64,000 nucleotides of DNA. Source: Octopus vulgaris (lineage: Eukaryota). The stretch lies in assembly GCA_951406725.2 (NCBI GenBank), contig OX597830.1:66216001-66280000 (forward strand), read 5' to 3'. Under the pieces are notes generated by a model that saw only the letters and a list, made by a program, of their open reading frames with translations, was not told the origin of the DNA and made no database searches. The first letter of the stretch is position 1; each line of letters begins with the position of its first letter. Shown piece by piece: positions 1-12,479 of the stretch. A program made the translations under genes and the position numbers.

Positions 1-212
1 AAGCAAAAAAGACAGGACATTTTAAAAAATATTTCATCATCAACATCCATTTCCCATGCTGGTATGGGTTGGATGGATTGACAGAAGCTGGCCAGCCTGG
101 AGAGCTGCCCGGGCTCTACTTTGTCTGGACATGGTCATTGATAGCATACCAACCACTTTAGAGATCGTACTGAGTGCTTTTGATGTTGCACCGATATTAT
201 GTATGTGCATGT

Positions 213-245
<33 letters not shown>

Positions 246-550
246 ATGCAACAACACCATTCAAAGCAGTAACCATTTTTTAAAAGCATTTTACACTACA
301 TGAACCAAGAGAGAGAGAGAGAGAAAGGGAGTAAAATTTCATTATCTTATATAATTTCTTCCGTATCACTAATATACTGTATTGACCTGCATACATGTTT
401 GGCATAAGGAAGGGCATCCAGCCATAGAAACCATGCCAAATCAGACTGGAATCTGGTACAGCTTACCAGTTTTCAGTCAAACCGGCCAACCCATGCCAAC
501 ATGGAAAACAGACGTTAAATAATGATCATGATCATGATGTTCACACTATA

Positions 551-870
551 TAAAAGGGTAAAGACCCCCTTCGGTCATGAATGACCATGGGATTGCACCT
601 AGAAAGATACCCTCCTAGACACAAGTCCGGGCAAGGTTGTTTATGGAAGACCAGCAGTCGCCCATGCATACCAGCACCCCTCTCCACGCCACCAGTGTTA
701 TCCAAGGGAAAGACAAAGGTCGATACAGCTTGGCACCAGTGACGTTGCAACTCATTTCTACAGCTGACTGAACTGGAGCAATGTGAAATAAAGTGTCATG
801 CTCCAGAACACAACACGCACCCCGGTCCGAGAATCGAACTCACAACCTCACGATCGTAAGCTCGATGCTG
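551..870 (-). mobile_element. tRNA-derived SINE (5'-truncated head)
   Basis: Minus strand has B-box GAGTTCGATTC, then a central domain (...cactttatttcacattgctccagttcagtcagctg) shared with copies at 35110-35240, 36625-36710 and 38418-38560. Confidence 0.7.
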
Positions 871-1281
871 GTGCAACCATTCAAACATCTTCACTATTTT
901 TCCAAACCCTGCTGAATTTCACTTGGAAATTTTGATCCTCCGAAGATATCATAAGTCAACCTATCTGTTTTAGCTGCAAATTTTGGTGTGAAAAATTCAA
1001 CTTATACACCAGAAAATTGGTGCAAGGGCTTGAGATAATCTTTCCCACTCACACACGTACACTGTTGATTTAGCAGGAGCATAGTTTCTGAAGAACTATT
1101 TCCAGATAAAACTCTAAAAGCAATATAGCTTTTGCTTTACTTATCTCTCACACAGTCACTGATTCTAGTATTAACATTCACAAACTCTGTTAATTTTAGC
1201 TTTAAACCCATTCCCTCCTTCTCAATATCCAGTGTTGCCACAGCAGTAGTCACTATTGACAATAAAATCTTATTAGTAACA

Positions 1282-1849
1282 ACACTGGCCTATCACGCCT
1301 AGGTCTATGCTTCTTCAAATGATTCTGTTTCATGGGGCTGTAGTAGAAGATGCTTGCCCAAGGTGTCACACAGTGGGACTGGACCCAAACCAACATGACA
1401 CTGGCCTATCACGCCTAGGTCTATGCTTCTTCAAATGATTCTGTTTCATGGGGCTGTAGTAGAAGATGCTTGCCCAAGGTGTCACACAGTGGGACTGGAT
1501 CCAAACCAACATGACACTGGCCTATCACGCCTAGGTCTATGATTCTTCAAATGATTCTGTTTCATGGGGCTGTAGTAGAAGACGCTTGCCCAAGGTGTCA
1601 CACAGTGGGACTGGATCCAAACCAACATGACACTGGCCTATCACGCCTAGGTCTATGATTCTTCAAATGATTCTGTTTCATGGGGCTGTAGTAGAAGACG
1701 CTTGACCAAGGTGTCACACAGTGGGACTGGACCCAAACCAACATGACACTGGCCTATCACGCCTAGGTCTATGATTCTGTTTCATGGGGCTGTAGTAGAA
1801 GACGCTTGCCCAAGGGGTCACACAGTGGGACTGGACCCAAACCAACATG
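1282..1849. repeat. Tandem array, 5 copies of a 116 bp unit, about half derived from a SINE head
   Basis: Unit acactggcctatcacgcctaggtc...accaacatg starts at 1282, 1398, 1514, 1630 and 1746; the fifth copy has a 13 bp deletion. Confidence 0.95.
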
Positions 1850-2554
1850 GCTGAGAAGTGAACTTCTTAACCACATAATTATGCCTGTACCTATTCATCA
1901 TCATCATCACCGTTTTAACTTCAACATTTCCATGCTTGCATGTGTTAGAGGGAATTCGTTGAGACAAGTTTACCATGACTGTATATCCTTCCTGTTGCCA
2001 ACCCTCACCTATCTCCAAGCAAGGTAATATTTCCTTTTGGCCAGGTATGCTTTGCACAGAAGACCTGAAACGAGCATTATTTGTATGATGATGATGCACA
2101 TTTACGACCATGGTATGATGTCTTTACACAAACATACACACAAACACACACACAATGGGCTTCTTTCAGTTTACATCTACCAAATCATCTCACAAAGCTT
2201 TGGTTGGCCTGGGGCTATAATAGAAGACACTTGCCCAAGGTGCCATGAAGTGGGACTGAACTCGAGACCACTTGGTGAAGTTTGAAGTTACCTTCTCGAG
2301 TCATGCTGACCCATGGCATACAAATTTCCCACCTGCATGAGACACCACTCCATCACAGCGTTACTCATTTTTGCCAGCTGAGTGGACTGGAGCAATGTGA
2401 AATGAAGTGTTTTGCTCAAGAACACAACATATTGCCCAATCCTGGAACTGAAACCACAATCTTACGATCACGAATCCAACACCCTAAACCACTAAGCCAA
2501 CTTCTTAACCACATAGCCCATGCTGGTGCCTACTGTAAAATAAAATTCACTTAC

Positions 2555-2700
2555 AGCATTTTCCAAATTGTCCAGGAATATAGTTGCCATGAATGAAATA
2601 CCACCAAAATCGTACACTTGCTGACAGAATTCATTTCTTACTAACAACAGAGGAAGTGTTGTGAAGAGTTCCTTAAGAATAGTATTATCTTTACTATAAT
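2555..2700 (-). CDS. ARMC6: ARMC6 third coding exon (146 nt, (H)YSKDNTILKELFTTLPLLLVRNEFCQQVYDFGGISFMATIFLDNLENA); gene continues beyond window start
   Basis: Acceptor tttctgtttcag|AT completes the phase-1 codon C|AT from the previous exon; donor GCT|gtaagt. VRNEFCQ.V.D.GG is a conserved ARMC6 motif. Confidence 0.9.
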
Positions 2701-3391
2701 CTGAAACAGAAAAACAAAAATGACAATACAAACTCATATTTTATATTTCTATTATCTTACTTATTATACAAGATATAATGGTCTTTTAGGACCATTCTTT
2801 TGGCTTCCTGTAGATTTAACCCTTTGTTTTCATATTTCTGTTGAAATATGTTACCTTAGTTTCAAATAAATTTTGAAAACAATGAAGTCTTCAGGAAAAT
2901 AACTGGCGCTTTTAAGCTGGGGTTTGGAATATTTAATATTTTCTCAAAGGGACTTGGTATTTGACAGTTTGAAAACCACAGGCCCGTCACTGTCTTGCTC
3001 CCTACACATTCCAGGCTCCGCAATAAACACAGTGCTCAATCCGTCCTTGCCAAGAGAGCAAACCCATGAAATATTTCCTTCCCTTCTGCATTTCACCAGC
3101 ACACACTGATTTACTGATGTTTATATTGAACATTGACCAAATCAATGTCACCAGTCTTGGAAGACCTGCTCCATCCCTCTGACTAAGCCATTTTTACAAA
3201 AAAATATGCAATTATAGGTGCCAGGTTTTACAATGATTAGTACCAGGCTTGATTGGTTTGACTGAAATTCGTCGAGGCAGTTCCCCAGCATGGCTGCAGT
3301 CCAATGACTGAAACAAGTAAAAGATAAAAAATAAAACAAGAAGAAAAATTACAAAAAAAAAAATGTTTCAAATACTTCAAGACCTACTCAC

Positions 3392-4055
3392 GTTTGCACA
3401 GCTCCAAAATCAAAAGAAGACCAGAATCTTCAGTTGCTATCAACCTACAGGTTTCGTGAGCATTTCCAAAGGGCACAGATGAATCATCATCAGCTGTTAA
3501 CACACAGAATAAAGAGCAGATTGCTTTCACAAGTTCCTTTTCATCTTTGTAAGTTCTAAGTAAGTCCATTGCCTTACTAACAATTTGACCATCGATATAA
3601 CTCTTCTTGTTGGCTTCGTTAGTAATACAAGAAGTACTAATTACTTTGACAGTCTGTAGCAAAATATCAGTGTCAGCACGATATAGCTCAAGTAATTGCA
3701 AGAAATATTTCGTATCTGTTGGTTTCATTAATTTAGATTGCCCCACCAAAAGTACATAAACAGCATTAATAAACCTCTGTAATAACTTGTTGTTCTGGGA
3801 ATCTTGTAGCTTTTGCAAGAATTTATATAAAGTAGTATAAGCATCATTGGTACCGGCAAGCGAACTTTTGGCAAAATCTGCACATTCTTCGACAAAATCC
3901 ATGATCAGTTTCTCTAATTCTACTTCATTGATGTTATCATCAGCCAGGAACTGTTTTAACTGGTTTGTTATTTTTACAGAGGTATGGACGACAGGACCGT
4001 TGTTCTCCGAGGAATAAACTTGGGAGTCTTTCACAATTAAACTCAAATCTACATC
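3392..4055 (-). CDS. ARMC6: ARMC6 second coding exon (664 nt, DVDLSLIVKD...LTADDDSSVPFGNAHETCRLIA...ELCK)
   Basis: Acceptor ttttacgcag|GAT at 4056/4055; donor AAA C|gtgagt at 3392/3391; stop-free (part of ORF 3384..4163). VDLS.IVK and LT.DDD..VPFG.AH motifs match ARMC6. Confidence 0.9.
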
Positions 4056-4122
4056 CTGCGTAAAAGAAAGAGAAAGAGTAAGAATTAGTAAGAGAAAGAA
4101 ATCACACAAAACATTAACACTA

Positions 4123-4512
4123 ACAGGAGTGGCTGTGTGGTAAGTAGCTTGTCTACCAACCACATGGTTCCGGGTTCAGTCCTACTGCGTGGCACCTTGG
4201 GCAAGTGTCTTCTACTATAGCCTCGAGCTGACCAAAGCCTTGTGAGTGGATTTGGTAGAGGGAAACTGAAAGAAGCCCGTCGTATATATGTATATATATA
4301 TATATATATGCGTGTGTGTGTTTGTCCCCTAGCATCGCTTGACAACCGATGCTGGTGTGTTTATGTCCCCGTTACTTAGCGGTTCGGCAAAAGAGACCGA
4401 TAGAATAAGTACAGGGCTTACAAAAGAATAAGTCCCGGGGTCGAGTTGCTCGACTAAAGGTGGTGCTCCAGCATGGCCGCAGTCAAATGACTGAAACAAG
4501 TAAAAGAGTAAA
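4123..4512 (+). mobile_element. SINE family A (head caggagtggctgtgtgg...ggttcagtcc; internal (TA)n; tail ...gactgaaacaagtaaaagag) inside an ARMC6 intron
   Basis: tRNA-like A/B boxes; near-identical to more than 10 other copies in the window. Confidence 0.9.
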
Positions 4513-4569
4513 TGAAAACTAACTGATTTATGAATTCTATAAAAAAAATATAATGCTTTAGTAAATCAC

Positions 4570-4686
4570 CTGAGTTTTGAACTGGCTGAGGGCATCATCC
4601 AGAGCTTCTTCGGGGCTCATTTCAAATTCTTCAATATTTTCAACAACAGCATCATCAAAAGTCTCCTGACTGATCAATTTAGACAT
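4570..4686 (-). CDS. ARMC6: ARMC6 first coding exon (39 codons, [39 protein letters not shown])
   Basis: Minus strand reads ttctttctactttctag|ATG TCT AAA...ACT CAG|gtgatt; 117 nt, phase 0. The [20 protein letters not shown]....QF..Q motif is the ARMC6 N-terminus as I recall it. Confidence 0.9.
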
Positions 4687-4725
4687 CTAGAAAGTAGAAA
4701 GAAAGGATTTATGACATTACATTAT

Positions 4726-5106
4726 GGAAGCACTCCGTCGGTTACGACGAGGGTTCCGGTTGATCCGAATCAATGGAACAGCCTGCTCGTGAAATTAACA
4801 TGTAAGTGGCTGAGCACTCCACAGACATGTGTACCCTTAACATAGTTCTCGGGGATATTCAGCGTGACACAGAGAGTGACAAGGCCGGCCCTTTGAAATA
4901 CAGGTACAACAGAAACAGGAAGTAACAGTGAGAGAAAGTTGTGGTGAAAGAGTACAGCAGGGATCACCACCATCCCTGCCGGAGCCTCGTGGAGCTTTAG
5001 GTGTTTTCGCTCAATAAACACTCACAACGCCCTGTCTGGGAATCGAAACCGCGATCCTATGACCGCGAGTCCGCTGCCCTAACCACTGGGCCATTGCGCC
5101 TCCACT
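4726..5106 (-). mobile_element. SINE family B, full length, with TSD ACATTACATTAT
   Basis: Head TGGAGGCGCAATGGCCCAGTGG...GGTTTCGATTCC; direct repeats at 4714-4725 and 5107-5118. Confidence 0.9.
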
Positions 5107-7439
5107 ACATTACATTATATTCATTAATTGTATTGTTAAATATTTTCATATCATCATCATCATTTAACACCAGGTTTCCATGTTCACAAGGGTTGGACAG
5201 GATTTGATGAGTTGAAGGACTGCATAATGCTTTGGTATAGTTTCTACAGCTGGATGTCCTTCCTAAAGCCAACCATTTCACAGAGTGTATTGGATGCTGT
5301 TTTCATGGTGCCAGCACTAGCAATGATTATCTCATAACATGCAAGGCTAAGGGCCTAAAGTGGCCCCTTTAAGTAAAGGAAATGTCATTTATTCATTCTG
5401 TTGAAATGTAAGTCTGAAGGTATAATTATATTCTCAAGCAATCCTTCTGTCGTATTTGAAAAAAAAATATTACCTCTTATAATATTTTGTATTTCAATTG
5501 TTACAAGTCATATAAAGACTAGAAGGCCATTCCTTTTTTTGTTCTAGGTGATAGTGGCATCAAACTACCTGGCTCAACATCACTCATGGGAGTCTTCAGG
5601 GAGTTCGTTATTTTGCAAGCTTTTACACCTGGCTTTTGGCAAGGGCTTTACAATGACCAGTCCAAGGACCATTGCCCTCTACATTTCCTCTATGATCCAA
5701 AACCCTTTTGGTTTATTGTCGTTTCACCTTAAGTGAGCATAGATTAAGCAAACAGCTCAAAAATATTCCAGTCATGATCATTTCATCTTTTTGTAGGACA
5801 CAGTGTACTTAGGACCCCAATATCTAATGAACCCTTTCACCTCAGAATTGTAATAAACATATCTGTTAGAGATCAAATACAATAAAAGTTGACTTCAACC
5901 TTTTACTGTTGAAATCAGATTTATCCATTCAAAATTTCATTACTCTTAACTACGGAAAGCAGTTTATATACGAATCCATCTTTTGTTGAGAAATGTCATA
6001 TTCGAACAAATTTTCTTTCATCAAGATATCTCAAGCTTATTAAAGCAAAGTGATTTTTAGAGAATATCAATTCTATTTTTAATTTTTTGGTAGATATTTG
6101 ACATCATTATTGGAATAACTATGAAATTCAACTTTGCAGTTAAAGAGTTAACTTTTAATCTGGCTGGGATTGAATAATCATTTCATTACTATCATGAAAT
6201 TATTGTCATGGCCAATGCCAGTACCGCCTGACTGGCCCCCGTGCTGGTGGCACGTAAAAAACACTTACTACACATTCAGAGTGGTTGGTGTAAGGAAGGG
6301 CATCCACCTTTACAAACCTTGCCAGATCAGATTGGAGCCTGGTGCAGCCTCTTGTCTTGCCAGCACAGAAAGCGGACGTTAAACGATGATGATGATGAGA
6401 TGATTTCTAAAAAAATACACAACATATGTGTTTCAATTAATTTTTAAAATAATCAGGAATTTGAATAGAATTGAGTAAAATAACTAACGTTTTATTAAGA
6501 TGGTGTCTGAAACTTAACATACCAAATGGGGTCTTCCAGAAAATTGTGATAGAAAGTTTTGATTTAAGTAAGAACACTTCGACCTTTTTGCTACATATTT
6601 CTGTCGAAATACTCAGCATTTGTTTCAATTAATTTTGAAAATAAGGAAGAATTTAGTAAAAGAACATTCCCTTTGCTCAACCCTTCTCCATTTCTACACA
6701 GATGGATGCTATGACTGGGTCTCTTATAGCCCTTCTCACAATGCAGCAAAGCCAATTCCAAGAGAGAGATGGATTAGTCCCGGTACATGATGGCATTATT
6801 AAGATGGTAACAGTCTTCAGAATTGCTAGCTCCTGTCAATCTGTCCAACCCATGCCAGTATGGAAAGCAGATGTTAATGATAATGATGACATACATGCAT
6901 TCTTACATGAATATATAAAACAGAGCATACAAACATACACACACATTGATTAACACACATCAGATAAAAATAGAGACAAGGAAAGTGATATGATATAAAT
7001 AACTATCATCATCATCATCCTCCTCCACATCATCGTCATCAGTCGTCCATAATTCCAACCATATAATCACTCCACCCCTATCACCTAAAATAAGTCCACC
7101 CTGCTTTCCATTTTCCATGCTTTACATCTAACATTTCATTCACTATGCCAGTGTGGGTCAGGTTAAGAAAATAAATTTTTTTTCAGTGCCTCCTGGTAAA
7201 TTTTCTGTGTTAATTAATCCCAGTTGTTTAAAATTAGTCATAATCAACCATGTTCTAATTACATCTCACATCATGTACTTTATTTTACTCTCCTTCTACT
7301 ACGAAATAGCAACATTCCTTAACTCAGCTGCTTGGCCTGCAAGACATAACCAAATCTTCCTCAAAGTAAATCTTATTTGCTCTAAGCAAGACAGACACAC
7401 TGAATAATGCAACCCACTTGCCCACATTGAAAGGTCACA

Positions 7440-7705
7440 GCTTTAGTACTACAGACATGTGGTCAAAATGCCACAAAAATGGATTGTAAGACAGATTCTT
7501 CAAGCCAAGCCAACTAGCAGGAGATATAGGGGTAGACTAAGAATGAGATGGTCAGATAATAGTCATAGTTTCAGTTGGTCGTTTTTAGGGACCAGCAGAA
7601 AAGTGTAATGATGGTTGCTTCTGATAGGACTCGTATGAAGACGATGCCTGAAGACTTTACTCTGACAACATTCCCAGGTTTAGCAGGTAACAAAACTGGA
7701 TGGAT
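7440..7705 (+). mobile_element. Decayed RTE-clade LINE 3' end
   Basis: Translates YYRHVVKMPQKWIVRQILQAKPTSRRYRGRLRMRW (RTE C-terminal GH...RGRP..RW pattern); ends in a tggatgga tail. Confidence 0.6.
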
Positions 7706-7863
7706 TGGAAAAATATTGGTAAGTGCCTTCTACTATAGACTCAGGCCAACCTAAGCCTTGTGAGTGGATCTGGTAGACAGAAACTGGAAGAAGCTCAGCA
7801 TATATATATGTATGTGTATGTATGTATATATATATATATATATACTTTATTTAAAGTATTTCT

Positions 7864-7917
7864 AACAAAAACTGTCTGATGAACGGCAACGAGAAACTCA
7901 GAGTAACAGATTTTGTT
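7864..7917 (+). ncRNA. Type I hammerhead ribozyme motif (Penelope-like remnant), GUA site
   Basis: Stem I AACAAAAACTGT/ACAGATTTTGTT; CTGATGA 7876-7882; short imperfect stem II; GAAA 7893-7896; stem III ACTC-A-GAGT; cleavage would follow A7905. Confidence 0.65.
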
Positions 7918-8012
7918 GAATTTTCTGCTGCTTTAAATAAAGCATATTACTCTACCACTGGTATTTGAGTACTCTTTTTTTCCACCTTGTTTCACATTTA
8001 TGTGTTTACTCC

Positions 8013-8053
<41 letters not shown>

Positions 8054-8198
8054 TTCAATTAGAGGTTGGATGCCCTTCCTAACGCCAACCACTCCGTGAG
8101 TGTAGTGGGTGCTTTTTACATGCCACTGGCTCAGGGGCCAGAGGAGGCTGGCAACGGCCACGATCAGTTGGTGCTTTTTACATGCCACCAGCACGGAA

Positions 8199-8238
<40 letters not shown>

Positions 8239-8445
8239 CAAGAGTAGAGTGTGGAGAATAAGGATATATATGATGAGCTTCTGTAAAGTTTCCATTTACC
8301 AAATTCCATTCACAAAATACTGGCAATCTAAAACTTGTCTAAATTACCGTGTAACAGAATCGAACCTAGAGTCACATGGTTGCAAAGGGAAATTCTTAAA
8401 CATAAGGCTATGTTGCAGCTAGCATTAGTATAAATTTAAAAAATA

Positions 8446-8750
8446 AACAAGAGCACTCAGAGACGGCATCCGCCAAGGCAACACCAACGTCCAAAAATGA
8501 ACCCGACCGTTCTCAAAGATTAAGTTTTTTAAAATAAAACAACAACAGGAAAAACAATCCAGAATCCTTGTCCGGGACCGGATCGATCCCAGTATCTAAT
8601 CAGTTCGTGCCAGTCACGAGGCCAAACATCCCTGCAAGTTTCATCCCAATCCATCCTGCTGTTCTTGAGATATCTTGTCAACGGATAAACACACAAACAC
8701 AACTGAAAACAATATCCCCGGAAAATAATAATGACGCCGGATGCAACAAA
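8446..8750 (+). mobile_element. Helentron-associated / DINE-1-like non-autonomous element
   Basis: Starts AACAAGAG; short inverted repeat gcatccg/cggatgc near the two ends; typical aagtttcatcc...ttgagatatc...(ACAC) microsatellite...aaaacaatatcccc layout. Confidence 0.5.
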
Positions 8751-10300
8751 TTTTTTTATTATATATATATATAAAACGGAAGAACAGTTTTCTTTCCATA
8801 ATTCTATATTTGAATAGAGGAACAAAGACGGAAAATTTGGATTCTGTTGTTCTATGCCACATTATAGATTTTAACGGATTTATCCAGCAAGTTCATCACG
8901 GGGTAACATAAATAGTCAAAACGAGAAAATCCGTTGTACAGGGTTCATCGTTCTTTGCCTTTCATCCTTTCGGGGTCGATAAATTAAGTACCAGTTACCC
9001 ACTGGGGTCGATGTAATCGACTTAATACCTATGTCTGTCCTTGTTTGTCCCCCTCTGTGTTTAGCCCCTTGTGGGTAGTAAAGAAATAGGTTTACCAATA
9101 ACCCGAGTCTGCTGCTATTTGTGCAACAGACAAGGGATGGGGAAATGGAACTAGTTTCAGTCTGTGAATCAACCATTCTCTTAGAAACGGTCGGAAAATG
9201 GTCAACTGTAATTCCAAGTCTCTTTGTTTTGAAGTAATGGTAATTTTTTTTATTTTAGTCTAATTAAATTAAATATAGGGACGAGTTCTTTGAAACTGAA
9301 AGCAAACGCTAAAAGAGAAATACACATACCAACACACGCATAGAATACCTTTGTGTAAAAGGTAAATTAGGGGAAACTTTTTAAGCGGTCGTTCAACCTG
9401 CTAGAAATAGCAACTAAATCTCTCCATCAAACCACATCATACCGTCTTAAACAAGGAAGGAAGCATTGAATAATGTAATCCTATATATATATACTATGTC
9501 TGAAAATGAGATAAAAGGGAGGTTGTGACTGGAATTACCATCATGAAATACCTTTGTGTAAAAGGTAAATAGGGGAAACTTTTTAAGCTAGAAATAGCAG
9601 CTAAATCTCTCCTTCAAACCACATACCACCGTTTTAAACAAGGAAGGAAGCATTGAATAATGTAATCCTATATATATATACTATGTCTGAACATAAGATA
9701 ATAGGGAGGCATAAGATAATATGTTTGTGTGTCTGTGTTTGTCCCCCCAACATCGCTTGACAACCGATGCTGGTGTGTTTACGTTCGCGTAACTTAGCGG
9801 TTCGGCAAAAGAGACCGATAGAATAAGGGAGGTATAAGATAATAGGAATTACCATTTATCATAAGACAACCGAATCAAAACGGACCTGGAACTCCAAAAC
9901 CGATGGCCAAAACCGGCAATCTGCTAAAAGATTGGAACAGCAACCAAAATTCTTCAACTCTCAGACACCAGAGGTACATCATTTGAGCAGTGAGGGAAAG
10001 AGGAATCGCATCAAAACATAAAAACTGAGGGTTTGCCTAATTAATATTAATAATGGGGGAGATTTAATGACTTAAGGTGTTCATAATTGAACTACTAAAG
10101 AAAATACGCCGGTTTCTAATTAGCGTCTTTCTATTTTCCCCCACTGTCCCCTGATCATTTAGTTTTCTAATGGAAAAAAACCCTTATTTGCCTGTGTGTG
10201 TGTATATATACATATACATACACATATATAAATAAATATGTATATATAATAATTAGATGTGAAAAAACTGAACCGAAATTGTTGGTAACAGAAGACTTAC

Positions 10301-10354
10301 GATGATGAATGAAAACCAAGAAATCCGCAGTCGGAAATAAACGCGTCTTTAGTC

Positions 10355-10360
<6 letters not shown>
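10301..10360 (-). other. Candidate non-coding first exon (5'UTR) of ARMC6
   Basis: The first coding exon starts with ATG directly after an acceptor, so an upstream UTR exon is required. This unique CpG-containing segment ends in the donor catc|GTAAGT (plus-strand acttac 10295-10300), has no ATG, and splicing gives A at -3 (CATC|ATG). Inference only. Confidence 0.5.
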
Positions 10361-10705
<345 letters not shown>

Positions 10706-10811
10706 TCATTTAGATTTATTTCCAACAAAGGAATTAATCTCTTTACATTCTGAGTCAAAATCTCGCTAACGTTGGTGATGTTCTACTCTTAATCTCTCTT
10801 CACTCTCTTCT

Positions 10812-11202
10812 TACTTTTTTACTTGTTTCAGTCATTTGACTGCGGCCATGCTGGAGCACCGCCCTTTAGTCGAGCAAATCGATCCCCCAGGACTCATTCT
10901 TTGTAAGCCTAGTACTTATTCTATCGGTCTCTTTTGCCGAACCGCTAAGTAACGGGGACGTAAACACACCAGCATCGGTTGTCAAGCGATGGTGGGGGGA
11001 CAAGCACAGACACACAAACACACACACACACATATATACGACGAGCTTCTTTCAGTTTCCATCTACCAAATCCACTCACAAGGCTTTGGTCGGCCCAAGG
11101 CTATAGTAGAAGACACTTGCCCAAAGTGCCATGCAGTGGGACTGAACCCAGAACCATGTGGTTGGTAAGCAAGCTACTTACCACACAGCCACTCCTGCGC
11201 CT
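10812..11202 (-). mobile_element. SINE family A, full length
   Basis: Reverse complement of the 4123-4512 element. Confidence 0.9.
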
Positions 11203-11733
11203 ATCTAGGCATAATCTTTACATTTCTTCACATTCTGAATTCAAATCTCGTTGTGGTTTACATTCATTTCTAATATAGGTGCAAAGCTCTTTAACTCTCT
11301 CTTTCTTTGGGAGTTTTAGCATTTGTTTCTACTACAGGCATCAAGCTCTTTACATTTTAACAAACTTGTTCGTGCAATGAATGAAGTGTTTTGCAATGTG
11401 CATTCCGGCTCTTTGTGTTCATAGTTCTAATCTTGTGGGGTCAACTTTGCTTTTCATCTCTCCGGGGTCGATACAATAAAGTACTAAGTCAAGTACTGAT
11501 ATTGATATAATCGATCGTGACCCCTTCCAGAGACTTCTGGCCTTGTGTCAATGTCACAAAACCTGTTAAATTATTTCAGCGGATATGGGAGACAACTCTT
11601 GATATATTTTGGTCTTATTATGTCCCCATCAGCGAAATAAATTTCGACTGACTTCCCGGAGAGATAATAGAAAAATCATAAAGTTAATGTACAAAATTAT
11701 ACATTGGGTGTTGAAAAACAGATGAGTTTAGAG

Positions 11734-11862
11734 CAGGTATAAGAAACATTTTTCAAGATGCAGCCTGCTGAGACGTGGCTCATTATTAAGCGAGCCGAAT
11801 TACTAAAAACGTTCAAGGTAAATTTTCAGAAAGTCCCACAGGCCTCTGTTTGTTCATGCCTG
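11734..11862. mobile_element. hAT (Charlie-like) MITE
   Basis: Imperfect TIRs CAGGTATAAGAAACA / TGTTTGTTCATGCCTG; 8 bp TSD GTTTAGAG (11726-11733) / GTTTAAAG (11863-11870). Confidence 0.65.
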
Positions 11863-12260
11863 GTTTAAAGAATAAATAGTTCAGAGGTGCCATCAGCGCA
11901 GAAAACAGAAGTTAAGTTAGTGTTAACATATTTAACACACAGAGTATTAAAAATCAAATTATTTGAAATAATTAGATCGTATCAAGAACTGAACTTGTGC
12001 ATTTGTTTTAATATTAAAGAAATTTCATCATTAATATTTGCAAGTCACAACATTGTATTTAAGACTATACTGCGAATGTAAAATAAAATTACTTCGAAAA
12101 TGGAAATCATATTTAGCTGTTGTTTCTTTCTCCATACCTACACATCTGTGTCCCCACCACCGACTTTGTTTCTTCATAACTTTCAGCAAAATGGATATTC
12201 CTAAATAAATTTTCTATATATATGCTTCAGTTGATGTAGATGCCAATTATATCGGAATTT

Positions 12261-12417
12261 ATTTACATTATTTACATTTGACGGATATTTGTCCTCATCT
12301 TGTTTGTTCTTAACACAACGTTTCGGCTGAAATACCCTCCAGCCTTCATCAGGTGTCTTGGGGAAATTGCGAACCTGGGTTCTCATTCCTAAGGTATTTT
12401 TTATGTTGTTGTTGTTG

Positions 12418-12479
<62 letters not shown>

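Noticed and set aside
1282-1849. CRISPR-like array
   Set aside because: Entire 116 bp units repeat with no unique spacers; eukaryotic context and no cas genes.
4056-4163. N-terminal extension of ORF 3384..4163 (MVGRQATYHT...)
   Set aside because: Intronic and SINE-derived; the real exon starts at the acceptor 4056/4055.
8916-9240. Open frames in unique sequence within the ARMC6 first intron
   Set aside because: The ORF runs into a family M SINE, has no recognisable domain and no convincing splice pair.
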